Shown here: piece after piece, positions 29,335 through 37,927 of the stretch | Layout: each line of letters opens with the position of its first letter | Position numbering within the stretch: the first letter of the stretch is position 1 | From: an uncultured Bifidobacterium sp. | Lineage (GTDB): Bacteria > Pseudomonadota > Gammaproteobacteria > Burkholderiales > Burkholderiaceae_D | Length of the DNA stretch: 64,000 nt | Reading direction: 5' to 3' | Assembly: GCA_964634245.1 (NCBI GenBank) | Contig: CAZWIE010000002.1 | Coordinates: forward strand, 108,793-172,792 | Position numbers and translations under genes: made by a program | The notes under the pieces: generated by a model | Databases searched by the model: none | The model's input: only the letters and a program-made list of their open reading frames with translations | Told to the model about the DNA's origin: nothing

Positions 29335-30093
29335 ATGAGCCAAGCCCAGCCCCTTACCCCCGCCGCGAACCTGAACATGCAGGCCCTGCGTGCCAGCTGC
29401 TCGGCGTGCAGCATGCACCAGCTGTGCCTGCCGATGGGACTGGGCGAGCTGGACATGCACAAGCTGGACCAGATCATCGGTCGCCGCCGCAAGGTGCCGA
29501 AGGATACGCTGCTGTACCGGATGGACGACCCGTTCACCACGTTGTACGCAATACGCCTCGGCCACTTCAAGACCTATCAGGTCAGCGCCAATGGCGAGCA
29601 GCAGATCACGGGCTTCCAGATGGCCGGCGAATTGCTGGGCATGGATGCGATCAGCGCTGACCGCCATCATTGCGATGCGATGGCGCTGGAAGACAGCGAA
29701 GTCTGCGAGATTCCATTTGCACGTCTCGAGGAATTATTCGGCACCATACCGACGCTGCTGCACCACTTCCACCGGATGATGAGTCAGGAAATCACGCGCG
29801 AACAAAGCGTGATGCTTTTGCTGGGCAATATGCGCGCCGAACAGCGCTTTGCCGCTTTCCTGGTCAACCTGTCGTCGCGCTATGCGGCGCGCGGTTATTC
29901 GTCGACCACTTTCCAGCTGCGCATGTCGCGCGAGGAAATCGGCAACTACCTCGGACTTACGATCGAGAGCATCAGCCGCTTGCTGTCGAAGCTGAAGAAA
30001 GATGGCCTGCTGCGCGTGGCCAATCGCGAGATCGAACTGCTGCAACCGGAAAGGCTGCGTGCGATCGCGGCCGGCACCGAAACCTGCAACTGA
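29335..30093 (+). CDS. fnr: FNR/ANR oxygen-sensing transcriptional regulator
   Basis: N-terminal CSACSMHQLC plus EVCEIP Fe-S ligands; recognition helix GLTIESISR; adjacent to the cco genes. Confidence 0.95.
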   Translation: MSQAQPLTPAANLNMQALRASCSACSMHQLCLPMGLGELDMHKLDQIIGRRRKVPKDTLLYRMDDPFTTLYAIRLGHFKTYQVSANGEQQITGFQMAGELLGMDAISADRHHCDAMALEDSEVCEIPFARLEELFGTIPTLLHHFHRMMSQEITREQSVMLLLGNMRAEQRFAAFLVNLSSRYAARGYSSTTFQLRMSREEIGNYLGLTIESISRLLSKLKKDGLLRVANREIELLQPERLRAIAAGTETCN

Positions 30094-30136
30094 GGCGAAC
30101 GCTCAGCCAGCTGACGCCGCCAGGAAAGCAAGCGCC

Positions 30137-30173
30137 AACAAAAACGGCCCGCGATTGCGGGCCGTTGTGTTTT
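30137..30173. terminator. Bidirectional terminator
   Basis: AACGGCCCGC-GATT-GCGGGCCGTT with A- and T-rich flanks. Confidence 0.75.
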
Positions 30174-30207
30174 GTCTGGCATCTTCGCCATCCGGCTTGG
30201 CAGGCGC

Positions 30208-30447
30208 TCAGAATGGTGGCTGTTTGGGGGCTTCTTCAGCCTTGAACAGGTAAAGGCTCAGCATGCTGGCAATAGCCGCAAAAGCCCAGAAGAAGAAGAA
30301 TCCCAGCGTATACGCTGCAATCGACGGCAGCTCGGCATGGCCGCCGGCCAGCATCAGGTCCATCGGATCGAAGGTCGAGAAAAACAGACCCTCGGCCATG
30401 ATCGCCGAAAGAAATGAAGGCCACAGGACTGCCATTGCCAACTTCAT
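30208..30447 (-). CDS. Small membrane protein associated with cco clusters
   Basis: LWPSFL...FFSTFDP...YTLGFFFFW; directly follows fixH/ccoH. Confidence 0.8.
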   Translation of the reverse strand: MKLAMAVLWPSFLSAIMAEGLFFSTFDPMDLMLAGGHAELPSIAAYTLGFFFFWAFAAIASMLSLYLFKAEEAPKQPPF

Positions 30448-30453
30448 CATGCG

Positions 30454-30993
30454 TTATCTCCCCCCTGCATCCTGGCGCTGCGGCTGGATGTCGACATGCT
30501 TGTTTTGCGGCCACAACCACTGACCATGCAGGCGCCACTGGCGCTGGCCGTCTTCGAGCTGCACCTGCCAGTTGGCGCGTTCGAGCATGGCCAGCGGCAG
30601 TTCGAAATCACCGTTCGCATTCGGCACCACGCTCAGGCGGATGTCTTTCTGCGGCACGGTCGGATGCACCAGCAGCACCGTCAGCGGCGCTGCATCCGCT
30701 GCCTGGCGCATGCCCGTCACCTTGCCCAGCACGCGACCGGCCGCGGCATCATAGCGCAAGGCTGCCGCCAGGCCGCGTTCGGCCGCGACGCGATCGCGTC
30801 GCAAGTCCTGATTGATGGCCTTGCCCTGCTTGTAGTAATCATCGACCACCAGCGCATCGGCGCCGGAGAACGAGATCCACATCGTGATGAAGCCGGCCAC
30901 CAGCACGACGACCGGGCCCAGCATCAGCAGCCAGGGCCAGCGATGCCGGTACCAGGGTTCGGTGGAAGGTTTGTCCATGTGCAAAGTATGCAT
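30454..30993 (-). CDS. ccoH: FixH/CcoH family protein
   Basis: PWYRHRWPWLLM, DDYYKQGKAIN, HPT motifs. Confidence 0.9.
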   Translation of the reverse strand: MHTLHMDKPSTEPWYRHRWPWLLMLGPVVVLVAGFITMWISFSGADALVVDDYYKQGKAINQDLRRDRVAAERGLAAALRYDAAAGRVLGKVTGMRQAADAAPLTVLLVHPTVPQKDIRLSVVPNANGDFELPLAMLERANWQVQLEDGQRQWRLHGQWLWPQNKHVDIQPQRQDAGGR

Positions 30994-31100
30994 GATTGCT
31001 TTCCGTATCGGATGTGATCTGCTGCCTCAACCGGCCTGCGCGGCCCCGCCCTTGGCAAGGAGCCCGCTGTCAGCGGCTGATGCGGCAGTTCATTGCGCGC

Positions 31101-32501
31101 TCAGCGCGGAACGAAGAACACCGCCTTTTCCTTCACTTCGACCCCCTGCTCGTCGAGCGCAGTGATCGTGAACCAGATCTTGTTCGAGCCCTTGTTGCCG
31201 TGGCCTTCATCGACCCGCACGTTGACCGGCACGCCACGCGATTCCGTCGCACCCAGCTCGATCTCGTCCTTGCCATGCAACTTGATCGTATCGATGCCCG
31301 ACACCGAAATCTTGTAGCGATGCGCAGTCTCTTCGGTGTTCATGACCTGCAGCCGGTACACGTTCTCGATCATGCCGTTCTCGATTTCGCGACCCATCGA
31401 GCCGCGGTCGCGGATCACATCCATCTTCAGCGGCGTGCGCGCGAACAGCGTGCCAAAGAAGACCGACACGATGACCAGCAGCACGGCGCTATAGATCAGC
31501 ACCCGCGGGCGGAATGCATGGCGCAGGATCTCGGCCGACGACCAGCGATGCGCGGCCGCATGGTCGGTCCAGTAACGGACCAGTCCGCGCGGCGCACCGA
31601 TCTTGTCCATCACGCTGTTGCAGGCATCGACGCAGGCGGCACAACCGATGCAGTCATACTGCAGGCCATTGCGGATATCGATGCCCGTCGGGCAGACCTG
31701 CACGCACATCGAGCAGTCGATGCAGTCGCCCAGTGCCTTCGCGCCTTCCGCGTCGTTCTTGCTGCGCGCACCGCGCGGCTCGCCGCGTTCCTTGTCATAG
31801 GTGATGATCAGACTGTCCTTGTCGAACATCGAGCTCTGGAAGCGCGCGTACGGACACATGTACTTGCAAACCTGCTCGCGCATCCAGCCGGCATTGCCAT
31901 AGGTGGCGAAGCCGTAGAACAGGACCCAGAATGCTTCCCAGGGGCCCAGAGACCAGGCCACGATTTCGTCGCCCAATACATGGATGGGCGTGAAATAGCC
32001 GACGAAGGTAAAGCCGGTCCACAGCCCGACCGCACCCCAGGCGAGATGCTTGGCGGTCTTGCGTGAAAACTTGTCGAGCGACAGGGGCTGGCGGTCGAGG
32101 CGCATGCGCGCGCTGCGGTTGCCTTCGATCTTGCGCTCTATCCACATGAAGATCTCGGTATAGACCGTCTGCGGACAGGTGAAGCCACACCAGACGCGGC
32201 CGAAGATAGCCGTGAACAGGAACAGCGAATAGGCGCAGATGATCAGCAGCGCGGCGAGGTAGATGAAGTCCTGCGGCCACAGCACGATGCCGAAAATGTA
32301 GAACTTTCGGGCACCGAGATCGAACAGCACGGCTTGCCGGCCATTCCATTGCAACCAGGGCAGGCCGTAGAAGAGCGCCTGGGTCAGCCAGACGAACAGC
32401 CAGCGCAGGCTCGCATAGCGACCCTGGATTTCGCGCGGATAAATTTCCTCCCGCGCTGCATACATCTTGATGACAGAGACTTGCGGAGACGAGCTTTCCA
32501 T
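31101..32501 (-). CDS. ccoG: Cytochrome c oxidase accessory protein CcoG/FixG
   Basis: WCGFTCPQT, CKYMCPY, CIDCSMCVQVCP and CIGCAAC ferredoxin motifs. Confidence 0.96.
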   Translation of the reverse strand: MESSSPQVSVIKMYAAREEIYPREIQGRYASLRWLFVWLTQALFYGLPWLQWNGRQAVLFDLGARKFYIFGIVLWPQDFIYLAALLIICAYSLFLFTAIFGRVWCGFTCPQTVYTEIFMWIERKIEGNRSARMRLDRQPLSLDKFSRKTAKHLAWGAVGLWTGFTFVGYFTPIHVLGDEIVAWSLGPWEAFWVLFYGFATYGNAGWMREQVCKYMCPYARFQSSMFDKDSLIITYDKERGEPRGARSKNDAEGAKALGDCIDCSMCVQVCPTGIDIRNGLQYDCIGCAACVDACNSVMDKIGAPRGLVRYWTDHAAAHRWSSAEILRHAFRPRVLIYSAVLLVIVSVFFGTLFARTPLKMDVIRDRGSMGREIENGMIENVYRLQVMNTEETAHRYKISVSGIDTIKLHGKDEIELGATESRGVPVNVRVDEGHGNKGSNKIWFTITALDEQGVEVKEKAVFFVPR

Positions 32502-32578
32502 TGGGCTTTCCGGCTGTGCTTCGACGCATTCCGGGGGACGGCCGGGCGGCCGTCCCTGCGGAAGCGGATCTTGCTGTA

Positions 32579-33508
32579 TTACTTCGCGGCGTCCAGCGTC
32601 GAGTTGTTCGACAGGCCCCAGACGTAGGCGGCCAGCACGTGGACCTTGTCTTCACCGAGGAATTCCTCGAAGGCCGGCATCACGTTGTCGCGACCCTTGC
32701 GGATGGTTTCCATGATGGTCGCGGTGCTGCCGCCATACAGCCAGACCTTGTCGGTCAGGTTCGGTGCGCCGAGCGCCGGGTTGCCCTTGCCATCTGCACC
32801 ATGGCAGGCGGCGCAGGCGCCGAACTTCTCTTTGCCGAACGAGGCCTTGATCGGGTCATGCGCGGCGCCCGACAGCGACTGCACGTAGTGGGCGACATTC
32901 TCAATGTCCTTTTCACCACCGACGGCAGCGGCCATCGAAGGCATCTGGCCATGGCGGCCTTTGAGCAGCGTCGTCTTGATCGTCTCCGGATCGCCGCCAT
33001 GCAGCCAGTCGGTATCGGTCAGGTTCGGATAGCCCTTGTTGCCGCGCGCGTCCGACCCATGGCACTGCGAGCAGTAGGTCAGGAACAGGCGCTCGCCGAT
33101 GGCACGGGCCTGCGGGTCGGCGGCCAGCGCCTTGACGTCGGTGCCCTTGAACTTCTGGAACAGCGGGCCGTATTCGGCGTCGGCTGCCTGCAGTTCGGCT
33201 TCGTACTCGCCGGTCGACTTCCAGCCCAGCTTGCCGGCATAGGTGCCGAGGCCCGGATACAGCGCGAGATAAGCAAAACCGAACACGATGGTGATGTAGA
33301 ACAGCCACATCCACCAGCGCGGCATCGGGTTGTTCAGCTCTTCCAGGCCCTCGTCCCAGCTGTGGCCGGTGGTTTCGGCCTTGCCGTTCTTGGGTATCTC
33401 GATCTTCACCGACGACTGCGACCACAGCAGCAAACCGCAGCCAATGATGGAGACGATGGTGATGACGGTGATGTAAGGACCCCAGAATCCGTTGATGAAA
33501 TCAGCCAT
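32579..33508 (-). CDS. ccoP: cbb3-type cytochrome c oxidase subunit III
   Basis: TTGHSWDEG...NPMPRWW; two CxxCH motifs. Confidence 0.97.
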   Translation of the reverse strand: MADFINGFWGPYITVITIVSIIGCGLLLWSQSSVKIEIPKNGKAETTGHSWDEGLEELNNPMPRWWMWLFYITIVFGFAYLALYPGLGTYAGKLGWKSTGEYEAELQAADAEYGPLFQKFKGTDVKALAADPQARAIGERLFLTYCSQCHGSDARGNKGYPNLTDTDWLHGGDPETIKTTLLKGRHGQMPSMAAAVGGEKDIENVAHYVQSLSGAAHDPIKASFGKEKFGACAACHGADGKGNPALGAPNLTDKVWLYGGSTATIMETIRKGRDNVMPAFEEFLGEDKVHVLAAYVWGLSNNSTLDAAK

Positions 33509-33686
33509 GTCGCGGCTCCTGCGATTGAGTGTTCATGTCTTCGTCCGCGAAGGGCAGCATGGCCGCCTCTTCGAAGTCATTCTTGCGACGTGCGCTGTAA
33601 GCCCACGCGATGATGCCGAGGAAGGTCAGCATGCACAGCAGCGTGATGGCGCTGCGCGCATCCGACACGAGGGATAGGAAGTCCAT
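33501..33686 (-). CDS. ccoQ: cbb3-type cytochrome c oxidase subunit IV
   Basis: FLGIIAWAYS...FEEAAMLPFAD, between ccoO and ccoP. Confidence 0.9.
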   Translation of the reverse strand: MDFLSLVSDARSAITLLCMLTFLGIIAWAYSARRKNDFEEAAMLPFADEDMNTQSQEPRHG

Positions 33687-33688
33687 GC

Positions 33689-34303
33689 TTACCTCCGCGC
33701 CTTGATCTGCACGCCCATGCCCTGCAGGTAGGCGACCAGCGCATCGAGTTCGGTCTTGCCTTCGAGTTCTTTCGGCGCGACCGCGATCTGCTCGTCGGTG
33801 TACGGGTCGCCGAGGCGCTTGAGCGCCTTCAGCTTCGGCACGATCTCCTGCGGGTCCAGCGCATTCTTGGCCAGCCACGGATAGCCGGGCATGTTCGACT
33901 CGGGCACCAGGTCACGCGGGTTGATCAGGTGGGCGCGATGCCATTCATCGCTGTAGCGGCCGCCGACACGGGCCAGGTCCGGACCGGTGCGCTTGGAGCC
34001 CCACTGGAACGGGCGGTCGTAGACGAATTCGCCAGCGACCGAGTAGTGGCCATAGCGCTCGGTCTCGGCGCGGAACGGACGGATCATCTGCGAGTGGCAG
34101 TTGTAGCAGCCTTCACGGACGTAGATGTCGCGGCCGGCGAGGCGCAGCGGGCTGTACACCGTCAGGCCCGCCACCGGCTCGGTGGTGGACTTCTGGAAGA
34201 ACAGCGGAACGATCTCGACCAGGCCGCCGATGCTGACCACCAGGATCACCAGGATCGCCAGCAGCCAAGGCTTCTTCTCAATGGATTCGTGAGCAAGTTT
34301 CAT
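33689..34303 (-). CDS. ccoO: cbb3-type cytochrome c oxidase subunit II
   Basis: [30 protein letters not shown]. Confidence 0.97.
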   Translation of the reverse strand: MKLAHESIEKKPWLLAILVILVVSIGGLVEIVPLFFQKSTTEPVAGLTVYSPLRLAGRDIYVREGCYNCHSQMIRPFRAETERYGHYSVAGEFVYDRPFQWGSKRTGPDLARVGGRYSDEWHRAHLINPRDLVPESNMPGYPWLAKNALDPQEIVPKLKALKRLGDPYTDEQIAVAPKELEGKTELDALVAYLQGMGVQIKARR

Positions 34304-34317
34304 TCAGATCTCCTGGT

Positions 34318-35745
34318 TCAGGCGTGCGCGCCGGTGATGGCCGGGATGCGTGCATCGACCGGCTTGCCATCGGCGATGGTCTTCATCATGTTGTAGAACA
34401 TGATCAGCATGCCGCCGAGGTACAGTGCGCCACCGAGGAAGCGGATCACGTAGTACGGATAGGTAGCCTTCACGCTTTCGACGAAGGTGTAGGTCAGCGT
34501 GCCATCGGCGTTCACGGCGCGCCACATCAGGCCCTGCATCACGCCAGCGATCCACATCGAGGCGATGTACAGCACGATGCCGATGGTGGCGACCCAGAAG
34601 TGCACTTCGACCAGGCGCACGCTCCACATCTCCTTCTTGCCCGACAGGCGCGGCAGCAGGTAGTAGATCGAGCCCATCGACACCAGGCCGACCCAGCCCA
34701 GCGCACCCGAGTGCACGTGGCCGACGGTCCAGTCGGTGTAATGCGACAGCGCGTTGACGGTCTTGATCGACATCATCGGGCCTTCGAAGGTCGACATGCC
34801 GTAGAAGGACAGCGACACGATCAGGAACTTCAGGATCGGGTCATTGCGCAGTTTGTGCCATGCGCCCGACAGGGTCATGATGCCGTTGATCATGCCGCCC
34901 CAGCTCGGTGCCAGCAGGATCAGCGAGAACACCATGCCGATCGACTGCGCCCAGTCCGGCAGCGCGGTGTAGTGCAGGTGGTGCGGGCCCGCCCACATGT
35001 AGGTGAAGATCAGCGCCCAGAAGTGGACGATGGACAGGCGGTACGAGAAGACCGGACGCTCGGCCTGCTTCGGAATGAAGTAGTACATCATGCCGAGGAA
35101 GCCGGCGGTCAGGAAGAAGCCGACCGCGTTGTGGCCGTACCACCACTGGATCATCGCGTCCTGCACGCCGGTGTAGGCCGAGTAAGACTTGCCCAGCGAC
35201 GCCGGCATCGCAGCCGAGTTGACGATATGGAGGATGGCGACGGTCAGGATGAACGCGCCGTAGAACCAGTTCGCCACATAGATATGCGAGGTCTTGCGCT
35301 TGATCAGCGTGCCAAAGAACACCACGGCATACGAAACCCAGACCAGCGCGATCAGGATGTCGATCGGCCATTCGAGTTCGGCGTATTCCTTGCCGGAGGT
35401 ATAGCCCAGCGGCAGCGAGATCGCCGCGGCGAGGATGACCAGTTGCCAGCCCCAGAAGGTGAAGGCGGCCAGCGCATCCGAGAACAGGCGCGCCTGGCAG
35501 GTGCGCTGCACCACGTAATAGGAAGTCGCAAACAGCGCGGAGCCACCGAACGCGAAGATGACGGCGTTCGTGTGCAGCGGACGCAGGCGGCTGTAGGTCA
35601 GCCAAGGAATATCAAAATTTAGCGCCGGCCAGGCCAGCTGCGCGGCGATGAAAACGCCAACCAGCATGCCCACCACGCCCCACACCACGGTCATGATCGC
35701 GAATTGCTTGACCACCCGGTAGTTGTAGTTCAGTGCTGTGTCCAC
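34318..35745 (-). CDS. ccoN: cbb3-type cytochrome c oxidase subunit I
   Basis: [34 protein letters not shown]; GTG start after GGGGAG. Confidence 0.98.
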   Translation of the reverse strand: MDTALNYNYRVVKQFAIMTVVWGVVGMLVGVFIAAQLAWPALNFDIPWLTYSRLRPLHTNAVIFAFGGSALFATSYYVVQRTCQARLFSDALAAFTFWGWQLVILAAAISLPLGYTSGKEYAELEWPIDILIALVWVSYAVVFFGTLIKRKTSHIYVANWFYGAFILTVAILHIVNSAAMPASLGKSYSAYTGVQDAMIQWWYGHNAVGFFLTAGFLGMMYYFIPKQAERPVFSYRLSIVHFWALIFTYMWAGPHHLHYTALPDWAQSIGMVFSLILLAPSWGGMINGIMTLSGAWHKLRNDPILKFLIVSLSFYGMSTFEGPMMSIKTVNALSHYTDWTVGHVHSGALGWVGLVSMGSIYYLLPRLSGKKEMWSVRLVEVHFWVATIGIVLYIASMWIAGVMQGLMWRAVNADGTLTYTFVESVKATYPYYVIRFLGGALYLGGMLIMFYNMMKTIADGKPVDARIPAITGAHA

Positions 35746-35807
35746 AGAAACTCCCCAAGGTTTACGACGAAGATGCCGCAGGGTACGTTTCGGGGGGGCA
35801 AATTTCC

Positions 35808-35821
35808 TTGATATGAGTCAA
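35808..35821. promoter_or_regulatory. FNR box of the ccoN promoter
   Basis: TTGAT-ATGA-GTCAA, 63-76 bp upstream of the ccoN start. Confidence 0.85.
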
Positions 35822-35967
35822 AAATGGCCGGACGCCGGACGACCGTGCGCTTGGCTTATATCTGGTATTCGGAATGCAGACGCGTCAGGCTGCAATGCGA
35901 CTTGGCAATCCGGAACTTTAACTGGCTGTCACCTCCCTCAGTCGCCATTGCCCTGACCGGACCTGCC

Positions 35968-37677
35968 ATGCGCCCCTATTCCAGCCATTCCTCCCCCCTG
36001 TCCAACCACGTCCCGCCCCTGTCCGTTGAGGCTCCAGGGCAAGCCCCAGCGCAAACCTCAACCCAAAACTCAACCCAAACCACCTCAGCACAGGTGTCAA
36101 CGCGGACTGGATCTCAGGCCGGCTTGCAGGCCGAATTGCAGGCCAACCCGCAAGCAGGCCGTGCCAGCGCACTTCCACTGCCGGATAACGGCCCGGCCAT
36201 CCGGACCAGGCTGGCATATCCGATACCTGGCGCTGCTGCCAGTCATCCCGACCACCCTTCAATGCAGGTTGCAACCGAACCCGCGCTCGTGGTGCTGGCA
36301 CCGCGCGTCGTCAATCCCGAGTTCTACGCGCAGCTGCCGTCGCATGAGCAGGCGGCAGCAGTCAATCGCAGCTGGCTGGCGACGCAATCGGCACCGGTGG
36401 TCGATGAAGCGAAGCGACGCGAAGCAGACCATCTGATCGAAGGCTTGCTCACACTACATGCGGTGTCAGTCGCGCAAGTCGATCGCCACACACTGTTGCA
36501 GGCCTGCCTGTCCGGCATCGATGTCGGTTACGCGATCCGACTCAGCAAGCGGCTGGGTCGGAACGAATCGCCATTGAACGCGGATGAAATCGCCGGCTGC
36601 GCAGCCGCCGGCCTGCACGGCAAACGCGGTGCGCGAATCCTCCGCTTGTACCGCGCGATGCAACTGCCTTTGCGTGCCGATACCGCACCTTTCCTGTGGA
36701 AGAAGAAGGCCTTCGCAACGATGCGCTTCCTGAGCAAGGGCTCGTACAACGAAACATCGATCCTGAGCATCAACGGCAAGCAGTACGTGTTCAAGCCTGA
36801 TCCCGGCAGTGTGAGTCCCTCCCATGTGACAGGGCCAGCGTTTGCGCCGCGGATGAACTGTAGCGCCAACAATGTCGCCGCCTCCCGGCTGGACGAGGTA
36901 CTGGGCTGGAAAACCATCTGCAAGGTTCGGATGGCCGCCGGCGAGTACAAGGGCGAGCTCCGGCTGGGAATCCTGATGGACTTCGTTCACGGCAGGAACC
37001 TCACGACGGGCAACTGGCGTGAAATGGAGCCCGAGAACCAGGCGCAATTGCAGGCGGTTCTGAACCGGCTCGGCCTGCCCTGCACGCCGCAACGCAAGCA
37101 GGCATGGATATCGCGGCTGGTGGCCGACCAATTGGCCGGTGTGGCCGAAGATGACCATACGCTGATGGTGCTGCCCGACCTCAGTACCGGAAAGCTGACG
37201 CCCGCAGAGGCGCGCCGGCCGGAGATCATTGTCGCCATGCTGCGCAAGCAGGCTGTCGACTGGATCATCGGGGATCTTGATTCAAGCGGCGGCAATTACC
37301 TGTATGACGCCACCAATGCCAGCTTTACCAGCTTCGACAAGGACTTCGCGTTTCCGACGCGTGCCGCGTTCGAAGAGAATTATTGCTGGGAGGGCGACAT
37401 GCCTGCGTTCTGGCGCAACATGGGCGTGCCGCCGCTGCTGGACCACGCCTCCTATGCCGATGTGCGCCGCCTGCGCGACCGCCTGCCGGCGCTGTTGTCC
37501 GGACTGCTGGCACCCGAGGCCATCAGTGCGTGCGTCGCACGCACCAACCTGCTGCTCTGTTTCACCCGCACCGCCACCGTGGATGAACTCGCCGCGATGG
37601 ATTGGCGCCAGCCGCCGTCCGCAGGTAGCCTGAATGGCTCAACGCTGTTGTGGCGCGATGTGTATCGCTTTGGTTGA
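35968..37677 (+). CDS. Atypical kinase-fold protein (PI3/4-kinase / HipA-like) with low-complexity N-terminus
   Basis: LSKGSYNET loop, YVFKP, NNVAASRLDEVLG, LMDFVHG, DWIIGDLDSSGGNY and SFDKDFAFP occur in PI4K-type order. Start is uncertain. Confidence 0.65.
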   Translation: MRPYSSHSSPLSNHVPPLSVEAPGQAPAQTSTQNSTQTTSAQVSTRTGSQAGLQAELQANPQAGRASALPLPDNGPAIRTRLAYPIPGAAASHPDHPSMQVATEPALVVLAPRVVNPEFYAQLPSHEQAAAVNRSWLATQSAPVVDEAKRREADHLIEGLLTLHAVSVAQVDRHTLLQACLSGIDVGYAIRLSKRLGRNESPLNADEIAGCAAAGLHGKRGARILRLYRAMQLPLRADTAPFLWKKKAFATMRFLSKGSYNETSILSINGKQYVFKPDPGSVSPSHVTGPAFAPRMNCSANNVAASRLDEVLGWKTICKVRMAAGEYKGELRLGILMDFVHGRNLTTGNWREMEPENQAQLQAVLNRLGLPCTPQRKQAWISRLVADQLAGVAEDDHTLMVLPDLSTGKLTPAEARRPEIIVAMLRKQAVDWIIGDLDSSGGNYLYDATNASFTSFDKDFAFPTRAAFEENYCWEGDMPAFWRNMGVPPLLDHASYADVRRLRDRLPALLSGLLAPEAISACVARTNLLLCFTRTATVDELAAMDWRQPPSAGSLNGSTLLWRDVYRFG

Positions 37678-37698
37678 TGGATGACGCAGGAAGCGGCG

Positions 37699-37920
37699 TC
37701 AATGCTTGCCCGGACGATCGGCCGGCGACGCAGCATCGTTCGCCGCCTCTCGCGGGTGCTCATGCTCGACAGCCGCCGGACGATCGTCATCCTGCAGGAT
37801 GCGCAGCGCCGGGCCTTCGAGGTCGTCGAACTGGCCGCTATCCATCGCGCGGAAGAAGATCCACAGCGCGATGAAGACCACGATCACGGACAAGGGTATC
37901 AGCAGGTACAGGGATTCCAT
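37699..37920 (-). CDS. ccoS: cbb3 oxidase maturation protein CcoS/FixS
   Basis: MESLYLLIPLS...SGQFDDLEGPALRIL. Confidence 0.93.
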   Translation of the reverse strand: MESLYLLIPLSVIVVFIALWIFFRAMDSGQFDDLEGPALRILQDDDRPAAVEHEHPREAANDAASPADRPGKH

Positions 37921-37927
37921 GCGGGGC

